Assembly: GCA_963749445.1 (NCBI GenBank)
Contig: CAVVMJ010000007.1
Coordinates: 9,971-73,970 of the forward strand
Direction: 5' to 3'
Origin: an uncultured bacterium
Lineage (GTDB): Bacteria > Patescibacteriota > Doudnabacteria > UBA920
Length of the DNA: 64,000 nt
This document shows positions 48,535-58,118 of the stretch, one piece after another. The notes under the pieces are model-generated. The model had not been told where the DNA came from, searched no databases, and worked only from the letters and a program-made list of their open reading frames with translations. Made by a program: the position numbers and the translations under genes. Each line of letters begins with the position of its first letter. The first letter of the stretch is position 1.

Positions 48535-48658
48535 GATGAAATTGCGAGGAGCCGAGGGCTTTTTATCTGGCGACGAAGCAATCCCGATACTTAACTGGGA
48601 TTGCCGCGCCCCTCGCTGCATCGGGGCTCGCAATTTCCGGGCATTTGGGATTTTGCAA
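48535..48658. repeat. palindromic repeat element, copy D
   Basis: GAAATTGCGAGGAGCCGAGGGC...GAAGCAATCCC-loop-GGGATTGCCGCGCCCCTCGCTGCATCGGGGCTCGCAATTTCC. Confidence 0.65.
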
Positions 48659-48692
48659 TTAAAGACTGACTCTACCTATCAAGGAACATTAG

Positions 48693-51128
48693 CTAGTCAG
48701 AAAACCGCCGGTAAAAACGGCGCTTAATCAATTCCACCAAAACCAGGTAAACCGCGGTTATCAAAATAATTCCGCCTACCGCAGTTACCGGCAATACAGC
48801 AAATTTAAATACCGCGCCAAACCTTGACAGCGCCACCCACCAGCCCGCGGCAATGGCGGCCAGCACGGAAAACGCCAAATACTTGGACGGATTGCTTTGC
48901 AGGAACGGAATTTTTTTGGTGCGGATAATAAAAATCACCAAAGCCTGGGTGGCTAGGCTTTCTAAAAACCAGCCGGTCTGAAACTTACTGCCGGAAAATT
49001 TAAATACCACGAACAGCAAATAAAAAGTGGCAAAATCAAACACGGAACTGACCGGGCCGAACACCAGCATAAACTCCTTAATGAATTTTAGGTTCATTTT
49101 GCGCGGTTTCTGAACCTGTTCGTGATCTACCCGGTCAAGGGGAATGGTGAATTGGGAAGAATCGTATAAAAGATTGTTAAATAATATTTGCGTCGGCAGC
49201 ATGGGCAAAAATTTAAAAAACAGCGAAGCTCCGGCCATGGAAAACATATTACCGAAATTGGATGACAGCGCCATCATTAAATACTTCATGGTGTTGGCAA
49301 ACGTCTGCCGTCCCTGGATAACGCCGTTGGCCAAATCACGCAGGCTTTTGTGCATTAAAATCAGATCAGCCGAGTCTTTGGCCACATTGACCGCGTTGTT
49401 CACGGAAATGCCCACGTCCGCGGCTTTCAGGCTCGGCGCGTCATTTATGCCGTCACCCATATATCCGACCGTGTGGCCGTTTTTTTGCAAGGCTATGATG
49501 ATGCGCTTTTTCTGCTCCGGATTGACGCGCGCGAAAATCGTGGTGGCCTCAACGGCTTTAACCATTTCGTGGTCGGATAACTTTTCTATTTCCTCGCCGA
49601 GCAATACTCCTAAAACCGGCAGCTCAATTTCCTGGGCGATTTTTTTGGTCACCAAATCGTTATCACCGGTAATAATTTTAATGCTAATGCCGTAATGTTC
49701 CAGCAATTTTAAAGTTTCCGTAACGGTTTTTTTGGGCGGATCCAAAAACGCCACAAAGCCCAAAAATATCATAGCTGATTCATCCGCTTTATCGTAAACT
49801 CTTTTGGATTCACTAATGGGTTTGTAAGCGATGCCGAGCACTCGAAATCCGTCCTGACTTAATTTCCGGTATTCATCTTCCAGTTCTTTTAACACATGCG
49901 GTGTAAGCTTGGTCTCTTCGTTTTTATAATGACCACAAGTCGTCAATAACCCCTCGGGCGCGCCTTTGGCCACCAGCTCTTTGCCTGCCGCGGATTCCAC
50001 CACCACGCTGTCCCGCCGGCGGTCAAAGTCAAACGGGATTTCATCGAGCTTCTGATAATGTTTGGTTTCGATCTTTTTAAATTTCTTGATGGCGGCATCC
50101 AGCGGGTTATGGAAACCGCTGCGGAACGTGCTGGTCAAATACGCATACTCAAAAATTTTCTCATCCGCCTCGCCCTTGGCATCCAAATATTTTACCAGGA
50201 CAATGTTGTCCTCGGTCAAAGTTCCGGTTTTGTCCGTGCACAGTACGTCCATACTGCCGAAGTTTTGGATGGATGATAGTTTTTTCACGATAACGCCGTG
50301 CTTGGACATATTCAAACTACCTTTGGAAAGGTTTAACGCGATAATCATCGGCAATAACTCCGGGGTCAAACCGACTGCCAGCGCGGCCGAAAACAAAAAC
50401 GATTCCAAAATGTTGGCCTTAAGCAGGGCGTTTATCAAAAAAATGCAGATTACCAAAACAAAGGTAATCTTCATAATCAAATAACTAAAATCTTTGATGC
50501 TGCGGTCAAATTCCGTGGGCTGTTCGCTGCCTTCCAGAGATTGCGCAATATGGCTAAACTTGGTTTGCCGGCCGGTAAGCTCCACTTCCATGGTCGCCGT
50601 GCCGCTTATGACGCTGGTGCCCAAAAACAGGGGAGTACCCGGCTCTTTTTCCGTGGGGAACGATTCGCCGGTCAACGCCGACTCGTTCAGAAAAAAATCT
50701 TTGGCCTGCAAAATTTTGCCGTCAGCCGGCACTAAATCGCCGGCTTCCAATTCCACCGCATCGCCGGGCACGATTTGCCGAAGCGGTAAATCAACGGTTT
50801 TGCCATCGCGGATGACGCGCGCCAGGACCTGGACTTTTTCCTTTAATTCCTCTGCCGCGCGGCTGGACCTAAAAGTATTAATAAAATCCAGCAGCACGCT
50901 TACCAAAATAATGGCGATGATAATCGTGGCGCTCACCGGATCGCCGGTCAAAGCCGATATGCCGGCCGCAAACACCAAAATCAAAACCAGCGGATTCTTA
51001 AACCTTACCAAAAAATCCACCAACCCTGAAATCTTTTTCCCCTCCGCCATCTGGTTCGGCCCATACTGCTTAAACCGCTTTACGGCTTCGGCTGATGTTA
51101 AACCTAAATTTTGATTTGTTTCTCCCAT
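48693..51128 (-). CDS. mgtA: magnesium-translocating P-type ATPase (MgtA-like)
   Basis: DKTGTLT phosphorylation motif, TGDN, GDGxNDxP-like motifs and MgtA-like N-terminus. 811 aa. Confidence 0.75.
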   Translation of the reverse strand: MGETNQNLGLTSAEAVKRFKQYGPNQMAEGKKISGLVDFLVRFKNPLVLILVFAAGISALTGDPVSATIIIAIILVSVLLDFINTFRSSRAAEELKEKVQVLARVIRDGKTVDLPLRQIVPGDAVELEAGDLVPADGKILQAKDFFLNESALTGESFPTEKEPGTPLFLGTSVISGTATMEVELTGRQTKFSHIAQSLEGSEQPTEFDRSIKDFSYLIMKITFVLVICIFLINALLKANILESFLFSAALAVGLTPELLPMIIALNLSKGSLNMSKHGVIVKKLSSIQNFGSMDVLCTDKTGTLTEDNIVLVKYLDAKGEADEKIFEYAYLTSTFRSGFHNPLDAAIKKFKKIETKHYQKLDEIPFDFDRRRDSVVVESAAGKELVAKGAPEGLLTTCGHYKNEETKLTPHVLKELEDEYRKLSQDGFRVLGIAYKPISESKRVYDKADESAMIFLGFVAFLDPPKKTVTETLKLLEHYGISIKIITGDNDLVTKKIAQEIELPVLGVLLGEEIEKLSDHEMVKAVEATTIFARVNPEQKKRIIIALQKNGHTVGYMGDGINDAPSLKAADVGISVNNAVNVAKDSADLILMHKSLRDLANGVIQGRQTFANTMKYLMMALSSNFGNMFSMAGASLFFKFLPMLPTQILFNNLLYDSSQFTIPLDRVDHEQVQKPRKMNLKFIKEFMLVFGPVSSVFDFATFYLLFVVFKFSGSKFQTGWFLESLATQALVIFIIRTKKIPFLQSNPSKYLAFSVLAAIAAGWWVALSRFGAVFKFAVLPVTAVGGIILITAVYLVLVELIKRRFYRRFSD

Positions 51129-51462
51129 ACTTTGTGCTTTTCTTTATTTTAGCACAAAAAAACCGAACTTTGCTCCAAATAGCTCGGCCTCCTGAACGAC
51201 GTTCGTACCTGTGTGGAAATTGCCCCGGTTTAACCCCGACTAGTACTTTAAACTTGGTTATCTAAATCTTTAGCATTAACACCCATTTTTTTATAATAGC
51301 AATCAGCCAGTTCCTGTAATTTTTTTAAGTTGGACAACATTTCTTCTTCTAAAAGCAACGGCCTATAAGTATCCATTATAATCCTAATAAGTAAACCGGC
51401 CACAAAAATACAATCTACGTACGCGTTCTGGACATCTTTGTCTGATGAACTGCCCCCAACGT

Positions 51463-52245
51463 TTATCCGAACCTGTAAACGTCCGTCTTTGACACCGCCT
51501 TGTGTAACCTTTGATTGAATGTACTTAAAAGTGGCGTGGAACCCATTTCTGAAAATTTGCTATAATATTCGTCTCGGGCTGGCTTACCTAATTTTTTTCT
51601 TACGGCAGCAGGTTTTAACTCTTCCCAACGTTCTTTTGTATCTTCGCCGGCCCAAAGTTTTATAAGTTCAGGACGCAGATTGAATAGCTCTATTTTATCA
51701 ATAATGTCTAAAACAATTCTCGTATGCGCTATGGATTGCGGCGCAAATCTATGCTCTGCCAGGTGATATGCGACAACAATTTCATCTATAGCGGAGAACA
51801 ACAAACCCAACTTCGCCATATCTGCTGACTTTAAACCGCTGTCCGAAACGTCAGAAAGATAATTAAGTAAAGTTTGCCCTATAAAAATAAAAATCTCTTT
51901 TGCTTCCGCAGCCAAGTTAGTTGTTGGGTTGGGCGCTTTATTTAAACTATCCAGGAAAGTATTCAGGTCAAAATGTTCATTTTTAACTTGTTTGGATAGC
52001 CGCAGGGCTTTCCTTTTGTCTAAACTGTCTGGCTTACTTTTCCAAGTTTTAGTAATTTCATCATTTGCTTCTTCCAGAAGTTTAATTTGTTTATCAATCA
52101 GCTCTTTTGCCTCGGGTGTTAACTCTTCATAATGTTCCGACGCAAATTTGAGGTGTTCGGATATAGCATTAGCTAAATCCGCTTCTGTCTTGGCTTGTGT
52201 TGCTGCGTCTTTAAGTTTATTTTTTAAGAAATCGGCATCAATCAT
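51463..52245 (-). CDS. hypothetical protein (island gene; weak HEPN-like R-x7-H)
   Basis: 260 aa, helical and charged. HRFAPQSIAH resembles an Rx4-6H motif only loosely. Confidence 0.3.
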   Translation of the reverse strand: MIDADFLKNKLKDAATQAKTEADLANAISEHLKFASEHYEELTPEAKELIDKQIKLLEEANDEITKTWKSKPDSLDKRKALRLSKQVKNEHFDLNTFLDSLNKAPNPTTNLAAEAKEIFIFIGQTLLNYLSDVSDSGLKSADMAKLGLLFSAIDEIVVAYHLAEHRFAPQSIAHTRIVLDIIDKIELFNLRPELIKLWAGEDTKERWEELKPAAVRKKLGKPARDEYYSKFSEMGSTPLLSTFNQRLHKAVSKTDVYRFG

Positions 52246-52347
52246 TTTTATAGCGCCATTAGTTCTATGGTAAAATTTAGCCCCCAGCCCAACTCATGGT
52301 ATCTTTGGGGAGGTTCACGGGGTTCACTGATTCACGTTCTTAAATGT

Positions 52348-52641
52348 TTATTTTCTTAAAAAATAAGCTAATAAATATCCAACAATGGCTGTCGCAACAA
52401 TCGCTATAATAATCTTATAGCTTTTACTAAGTATGTCTTTAGCGAGTTTAGAAATGCCCTTCCAAATTCCCCAAAAAATTAGCATGATGGGTGCCAAAAT
52501 ATAATTTAGCAGAAATTCTATAACACTTATTTTTTTATCGTATTTGTTCCATCTTTTTTTCATAATGGTCTGATTATGGCTTTCTCCATTTATCCCGGCC
52601 ACCGACTTTCGTATCCCGCACTCGTTCAACATGCGGAGCAA
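52348..52641 (-). CDS. hypothetical small membrane protein
   Basis: 97 aa with two TM helices. Overlaps the next ORF by 68 nt, so one of the two may be mis-called. Confidence 0.25.
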   Translation of the reverse strand: MLRMLNECGIRKSVAGINGESHNQTIMKKRWNKYDKKISVIEFLLNYILAPIMLIFWGIWKGISKLAKDILSKSYKIIIAIVATAIVGYLLAYFLRK

Positions 52642-52795
52642 CGCCGGGGTTTAATTCTTGAGCTATCTCGATCGCTTCTTGCTGGGTAGGAGCGGTTGCG
52701 GAAGCCCTATCCGCGTCCGCCCTTCTCACGGCGTAATCGCCTTGTTCGCGCCGCTCCACATACAATCTTTTGTCCGATTTACTCATAAGTAACAA
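52574..52795 (-). CDS. DUF2188 family protein
   Basis: RLYVERREQGDYAVRRADADRASATAPTQQEAIEIAQELNPGVAPHVERVRDTKVGGRDKW matches the DUF2188 consensus. Confidence 0.5.
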   Translation of the reverse strand: MLLMSKSDKRLYVERREQGDYAVRRADADRASATAPTQQEAIEIAQELNPGVAPHVERVRDTKVGGRDKWRKP

Positions 52796-52805
52796 AGTTA
52801 ATTTT

Positions 52806-54311
52806 TTAGGTAGTGATTTTTTCTTTCTTCTTTTGACTTAAATTTTCTTTTGCCAAGTCTACATTATTACAGAAGAAAGAATATAATTCATCGAAACTAG
52901 CAATGTATTCTTGAGGTGTAAGTTTTTCGTCGTCTTCTGGTACTGCCAACTGTATAGCGGCAGTTTCTATAAGATATAGGATTTGACCTCGGCTGGCTTT
53001 ATAACCTGAAAATAAATTGTTTATTACCAAAGTTTTTTTACTATTAACTTCCTCAATCATACTTCTGAGACTTTCATCCATAGGCCTAATATCCCAGTCC
53101 AAAAATTCCTTGAGCCTGCGGCGCTTTCCAGTTGCATCAGGTGGAGGGGGTGTTCGTGGGTTGTACTTTCGATTTAAGATTTCAGGTTTGGGTTTGGGAT
53201 CAACGGGTTCCACAGTCTTGATGCGGGGTTTTTGACCTTGGGTAAACGTATCCATTAAATTGGAACCTTTTATGTCCTTGTTACGCATTTTCATTAATTC
53301 GGCAACCAAATCTTTAGCGTTCTTTACCCGGTCTTTTTCTTCATCTGTTGCTTCTTGTATTTCCCTACCGAGCAAATCATCGATATGGGGTTTGAGAACC
53401 TCAAACATAAGCTGGCTAACCTCCTGCCACTCATCTGTATCCCTGTCAAAATCAGTTTTATTGGTTGTTGCGTGAACGTGGTTGAGGTAAACTTCGCCAA
53501 ATAGTGAATTAAGTGTTTGTTTATAATGAGCGTCGGGGTGTCCGAAATACTCTCTATCGCAGATAAGCCGACCAAGCTTATAACATCTTATTCCTCCCTT
53601 AACTCCGGTTCTTGGGGCAAGCCTGCCAACCCATCCCTTAATTTTTTTATAATGTTCATCACCAAACCGTAGAGGAAACTCGAATTTTTGAATTTTAAAT
53701 GACTCCTCAAGGGGAAAGTCTTTGGTTTTAACTAATTCGTCATTAATTCGAAATTCAACCTCGTAGTTATCTATAAGCGGTTTGTATCTATCGACAACTA
53801 GCAATTTTAATTCGTCGTTCTTAACTTTACGTTTTAATTTATGCACTTCGACTGAGACAAATCCGTCTTGATTGTTTGTATCAAATTGTTCAACTTGAAA
53901 TTTTTTAAGTCTGTAGTCGTGAAGATTATCGTCCTCAATTTGATAAACTATTTTGCTTTTGTCCGGAGAAGCCTTAACAATCATAGTACCACCCAAATAA
54001 CCCATAGCCGCTTTACCACCTTGTGAGTACGCTCCTAAATCGTGAGACTCCCTCTCTTTTATTTTTCCCCAAGCCAAAAAATCCTGTAATTGATCCGGGC
54101 CCATTCCCTTGCCCCCTTTGTTTGTAATAGAAATAAATTTTGGAGAAGTGAGTATTTCAACAATTAGTTTTTTCCCAATTATCCGATTACTAACAGCATT
54201 GTCTAGTAGTTCCAAAACAGCCTCTTCCCAATTTTTAAAGTTGGAGTAAAGGGAGTGTTTTAGCCCACCTTCGAAGCTTTCTTGTAATATTAATTTTTTA
54301 TTCTTTTTCAT
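52806..54311 (-). CDS. GHKL (histidine-kinase/HSP90/MutL-like) ATPase domain protein with a long charged C-terminal region
   Basis: N-box ELLDNAVSNRI and G1-box ISITNKGGKGMGPDQL. No kinase dimerisation or DNA-mismatch domains seen. Confidence 0.5.
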   Translation of the reverse strand: MKKNKKLILQESFEGGLKHSLYSNFKNWEEAVLELLDNAVSNRIIGKKLIVEILTSPKFISITNKGGKGMGPDQLQDFLAWGKIKERESHDLGAYSQGGKAAMGYLGGTMIVKASPDKSKIVYQIEDDNLHDYRLKKFQVEQFDTNNQDGFVSVEVHKLKRKVKNDELKLLVVDRYKPLIDNYEVEFRINDELVKTKDFPLEESFKIQKFEFPLRFGDEHYKKIKGWVGRLAPRTGVKGGIRCYKLGRLICDREYFGHPDAHYKQTLNSLFGEVYLNHVHATTNKTDFDRDTDEWQEVSQLMFEVLKPHIDDLLGREIQEATDEEKDRVKNAKDLVAELMKMRNKDIKGSNLMDTFTQGQKPRIKTVEPVDPKPKPEILNRKYNPRTPPPPDATGKRRRLKEFLDWDIRPMDESLRSMIEEVNSKKTLVINNLFSGYKASRGQILYLIETAAIQLAVPEDDEKLTPQEYIASFDELYSFFCNNVDLAKENLSQKKKEKITT

Positions 54312-54329
54312 AAGATTGTTTTTAACTGG

Positions 54330-54554
54330 TTATAACCTAAATTCTCCTTTTTGCCTAGGAAAATAAAATTTTGTCTTTATATCCTTTGTGGCTCTTTCTA
54401 TTTCTGAAAATATTTTGTTTATCTCTTCCGGAGTGTAGTCGTAAGCGCTACGATTCGAGCAATTACCTAAAACCCTAAGCTTTTTTAAGACCTCGTTTGT
54501 TCTATAAACTGCCAGCCTTTTAAACCTTTCCTTTTTATTATCAATGGATACCAT
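54330..54554 (-). CDS. hypothetical protein
   Basis: 74-aa ORF immediately upstream of the GHKL ATPase gene. Confidence 0.3.
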   Translation of the reverse strand: MVSIDNKKERFKRLAVYRTNEVLKKLRVLGNCSNRSAYDYTPEEINKIFSEIERATKDIKTKFYFPRQKGEFRL

Positions 54555-54717
54555 ATATTTATATCCTGTGTATATTTAATGCTTATACGGTAATAGTATA
54601 CTCCTATTGCGTATTTTGTCAATAGGTACTTTTAAAAATCAAAAAAGTACCTCATTTAAAACATTTTGTTATCATTTACCTTTACCTAAGGCTCGCTCTC
54701 CAGGAGAGATGAAAATG

Positions 54718-54996
54718 CCAAGGCATTTGACAAACCCAGTAACAACAAGTAAGATTAAGTCATACTCATTAATTAACCATAAATTTATGCGCACGACGCA
54801 AACCATGACAATTTCCCTGCCGCCGCAGATTATGGAATACTTGGAAACTTACAGAAAAAAACACGATTTTACCCGGTCGGAACTAGTAAGACACGCTTTG
54901 CGGGAATTATTCAATAAACAATCTCCTGTTAATAAGCCGACAAAATCCGAGCAAGTATACCCAAAAAGGTTGGGGAGAAACAAAAAACACTACTAA
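54718..54996 (+). CDS. ribbon-helix-helix (CopG/Arc-like) DNA-binding protein
   Basis: GGAGAGATGAAA-ATG. The C-terminal TMTISLPPQIMEYLETYRKKHDFTRSELVRHALRELF is RHH-like. Confidence 0.45.
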   Translation, partial: PRHLTNPVTTSKIKSYSLINHKFMRTTQTMTISLPPQIMEYLETYRKKHDFTRSELVRHALRELFNKQSPVNKPTKSEQVYPKRLGRNKKHY

Positions 54997-55122
54997 AATC
55001 CCGCCCCGAGCGAAGCCGAGGGGCGGGATTTTAAACAGTTAATTAGATGGCAACCAATACACCTCATCTGTCGCTCCGATGCAGTCGCGACATCTTCCCC
55101 TCCAGGGGAAGAGGCTCCGCGG

Positions 55123-56694
55123 TTAAACCCCGCGCAATAATTCTATTTTGGCGCCAATCTTGCGCAGGCGCGAGACGAGGTCTTCGTAGCCGCGGTTGAT
55201 GGAGTAGGCGTTGCGGAGGATGGAGGTGCCTTTGGCCGCCAGCATGGCGACCAGAATGTTGGCGGCCGGGCGCAGGGCGGGAGGACAAATGACTTCTGCG
55301 CCGCGGAGCTCGGTCGGCCCTTCAATGTATACCCGATGGGCATCGGCCAAAATTATATTGGCGCGCAGCTTGGTTAATTCCATATAGTAAATTGCGCGGT
55401 TTTCGTAAACCCAGTCGTGGATTAAAGTTGTGCCCTTGGCCTGCGTGGCAATGGGCACAAAAAACGGCAAATTGTCTATATTTATGCCCAATCCGCCGGG
55501 CAACGGGTGCAATTTTTCCTCCAGCGCCTTGAGTTTGGAAGGAAAAGCTTGCACATCGGCCAAATTGGTTATGCCGTTATAACTTTTGTACTGTTTGATA
55601 ATTTTATAGCGGAAACCCATTTTTTCCAGCTTTAAAAGTTCAAGCTCCAAAAAATCAATCGGGCAACGCTCAATCGTCAGCGAAGAATTCGTCGTGGCCG
55701 CGATGGCCAAAAACAGCATTGACTCAATCGGGTCTTCGCTTAAATAATAACTGACGGTTTGGTTGATATGCGGTTTGCCGTGGACAACAAGAGTGGAAGA
55801 ACCGACCCCGTCTATTTTTACGCCCAGGGCAATAAGGAAATGGCACAAATCCCGCACCATATAATTGGCGCTGGCCATTTTGATGATGGTAATGCCGGGC
55901 AAGCGCGCGGCAGCCATTAAGGCATTTTCCGTAACCGTATCACCGGTTTCATAAAGTACGATTTCGGAGGTTTTCCCGCCGGAGGCGGATCCGCCTTTGG
56001 CGGAAAGTCCAACCGATGTGACCTGGTAATTATCATGGGTGGTTTTAACTTTAACGCCCAGTTTTTCCAAAGCGAACAAATGCGGCCGCACCGTGCGCGC
56101 GCCAAGGCGGCAGCCGCCGGGGTGGGGAAGGGCAAAATTTTGCAGCAGATGAACCAGCGGCCCAAGCAGCATCAGCACGCTGCGCGTTTTGGCCGCGGAC
56201 TCCACGTCCATAGCCTTTAAATTCAGCCTTTTTGGCGGAATAATTTGCAAATCCCGGTCTTTCCATTTCACATCCACGCCAATGCTTAAAAGAACTTCCA
56301 CCATCCGATAGACCTCTTCAATCTTGGGAACTCTTTTGAGTATGGTCTTGCCCGAATTGAGCAGGCTCGCGCACAGCAGAGCCACGGCCGCGTTTTTAGA
56401 GGTGTTGGTGGTTACTTTGCCGGAAAGTTTAAACCCACCTTCAATTTTAAAATTAACGCTTTGGCCGCCCAAAGTAATAATTTCCCGCCCCAGCACGGCG
56501 CTGATTTTAGCCAGGGTTTCCGTTGTTAAATTCTGCAAACCGTTTTCCATGCGGGCCACGGCCGATTGGGAAGTTTTCAGCAGCACGGCAAACTCCGCCT
56601 GGGTCAAGCCCTTTTGTTCGCGCGTCTGGCTAATAAACCGGCCGATTCTGGCCTGTTCTTGGGCGATATTTTTAGTTAAAGCCACATTTGGCAT
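55123..56694 (-). CDS. murA: UDP-N-acetylglucosamine 1-carboxyvinyltransferase with N-terminal XRE-type HTH domain fusion
   Basis: The N-terminal 70 aa (GLTQAEFAVLLKTSQSAVARMENGLQNLTTETLAKISAVLG) are HTH_XRE. The rest is an EPT-family enzyme. There is an internal GGSASGG insertion at 55970-56000. Confidence 0.75.
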   Translation of the reverse strand: MPNVALTKNIAQEQARIGRFISQTREQKGLTQAEFAVLLKTSQSAVARMENGLQNLTTETLAKISAVLGREIITLGGQSVNFKIEGGFKLSGKVTTNTSKNAAVALLCASLLNSGKTILKRVPKIEEVYRMVEVLLSIGVDVKWKDRDLQIIPPKRLNLKAMDVESAAKTRSVLMLLGPLVHLLQNFALPHPGGCRLGARTVRPHLFALEKLGVKVKTTHDNYQVTSVGLSAKGGSASGGKTSEIVLYETGDTVTENALMAAARLPGITIIKMASANYMVRDLCHFLIALGVKIDGVGSSTLVVHGKPHINQTVSYYLSEDPIESMLFLAIAATTNSSLTIERCPIDFLELELLKLEKMGFRYKIIKQYKSYNGITNLADVQAFPSKLKALEEKLHPLPGGLGINIDNLPFFVPIATQAKGTTLIHDWVYENRAIYYMELTKLRANIILADAHRVYIEGPTELRGAEVICPPALRPAANILVAMLAAKGTSILRNAYSINRGYEDLVSRLRKIGAKIELLRGV

Positions 56695-56904
56695 ATTTTA
56701 TCCGCCTAAATTTTATATTTAATAGAATAAAATTAAACTCAATTATCCACCCTAACTTATTGGGTGTTTGATAATAAACAACCAAAATTTTGCGGATTTA
56801 TATCACCTATGATATTTATTGCATTCTAATTATAGCAAATCTAACTAATTCCGTCAAAATATACCATATATGACAAAACCCGCACGTAGGTGCGGGTTAA
56901 AGTT

Positions 56905-57005
56905 TTAAGTTATAAGTTGTGGCGGCCGGTACGGTCATAGGGATATGGTTTTAGGCGACTTACAACCTATTACCTACAACTATACTGGCCGCCATACCTT
57001 ATAAC
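56905..57005. repeat. long inverted repeat (22-nt arms GTTATAAGTTGTGGCGGCCGGTA / ACTGGCCGCCATACCTTATAAC) upstream of murA
   Basis: Arms separated by about 50 nt in the 320-bp intergenic region. Confidence 0.5.
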
Positions 57006-57017
57006 CTATTCCCCATC

Positions 57018-57227
57018 TTAAAAATGAAACAGCTTCCCAAACCAGTGTTCCAAATACTGCGAGCGCTGGTTAGTAAAATAAACCACTAACAACGCAGCAA
57101 GATAAATCAAATTCAAATACAACACCTTCCATAAATCATGCCGGATAATCCGGTATTCTGCCGCGTGCATTGAGCCGCCGGAAACGGTTACGTTTTCCTG
57201 GACGATTTTTTTGTGCTTTTTGGACAT
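57018..57227 (-). CDS. hypothetical small membrane protein
   Basis: About 69 aa with one TM helix. Confidence 0.3.
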   Translation of the reverse strand: MSKKHKKIVQENVTVSGGSMHAAEYRIIRHDLWKVLYLNLIYLAALLVVYFTNQRSQYLEHWFGKLFHF

Positions 57228-57392
57228 AAATAGTAGCGTTCCCAAATATACAAATCAACACAAATATACAAATTACTGACAGTGCTATAGATTTGTATAT
57301 TTGTTAAAATTTGTATATTTGCGATTACTACAATTATAGCATTTGAAAGGATTTGAACGCAAGCCGCCGGAGTGCTACAATACCAAAAGCTT

Positions 57393-57881
57393 ATGACTTC
57401 ACCGCTTCTCAGTTTAGCCGCTTTAATCATCGGCATTTTGGCTTTAACCGTGGCCATTGTCGGCTGGTTAAGTTTGCGTTCCTTTAACCGCCTGCGGCAA
57501 ACGTTTTTTACCGGCAGCGGGGGAGCCAACCTGGAGCATATCCTCAATAGCCTGGCCGCAGATTTCCGGCAACTGCAAAGCCAACAAACGGCCCTGGAGC
57601 AGACCTTATTAAAGCTCAAAAAAGATTTCGGTTTCGCCGTGCAGAAAATCGGCGTGGTGCGCTTTAATCCGTTCGCGGACGGCGGCGGCAATTTTAGTTT
57701 CACTCTGGCCCTGCTCAACGGCCACGACACCGGGGTGGTCATAACCAGCATGCACGGCCGCGAGCAGAACCGAATTTATACCAAAAAAATCCAAGACGGA
57801 AAAAGCGAAACAGCGCTGACCGAAGAAGAACAGCAGGCCATTGAACGCGCGGTTGACCAGCATCGCAAACAGATGGAATAA
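57393..57881 (+). CDS. DUF4446 family protein
   Basis: N-terminal TM helix. GVVRFNPFADGGGNFSFTLALLNGHDTGVVITSMHGREQNRIYTK matches the DUF4446 core. Confidence 0.5.
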   Translation: MTSPLLSLAALIIGILALTVAIVGWLSLRSFNRLRQTFFTGSGGANLEHILNSLAADFRQLQSQQTALEQTLLKLKKDFGFAVQKIGVVRFNPFADGGGNFSFTLALLNGHDTGVVITSMHGREQNRIYTKKIQDGKSETALTEEEQQAIERAVDQHRKQME

Positions 57882-57904
57882 TATTTCTCCACCCTTGGAT
57901 TCCA

Positions 57905-58030
57905 TCCCGAGCGAGTCCTCAATGTACTCTCAAGACGAGCCGAGGGATCTATCCAATATAGCAGATCCCTCCACTCCCCCTCGACTCGTCCGCTTCGCGG
58001 TGCTCGCTCGGGGTCGGTCGGGATGGACAC
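57905..58030. repeat. multi-stem palindromic element (CCATCCCGA...TCGGGATGG outer stem, GAGGGATCT...AGATCCCTC inner stem)
   Basis: Nested inverted repeats. Shares CCTCGACTCGTCCG and GACGAG..CCGAGG with the insertion inside rnhB. Confidence 0.5.
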
Positions 58031-58118
58031 TTATCTAGACAAGTTATGAAGTTGTTAAATCAAAAAGGTAAATAAAACAAAACCGGTTATCAGCAATTAA
58101 TCATAGAAAGGAAAAACA

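Noticed and set aside
48511-48633. N-terminal 41 codons of track ORF 47941..48633
   Set aside because: The same MRAPMQRGARQS repeat-derived peptide as above. The true DedA-like start is more likely MHIVHF at 48510.
51249-51377. 42-aa ORF MDTYRPLLLEEEMLSNLKK... (minus) downstream of gene 51463..52245
   Set aside because: It has no SD or promoter context and lies in a different frame from the upstream gene. It could be a frameshifted C-terminus, but the upstream stop precedes the G-run, so the evidence is insufficient.
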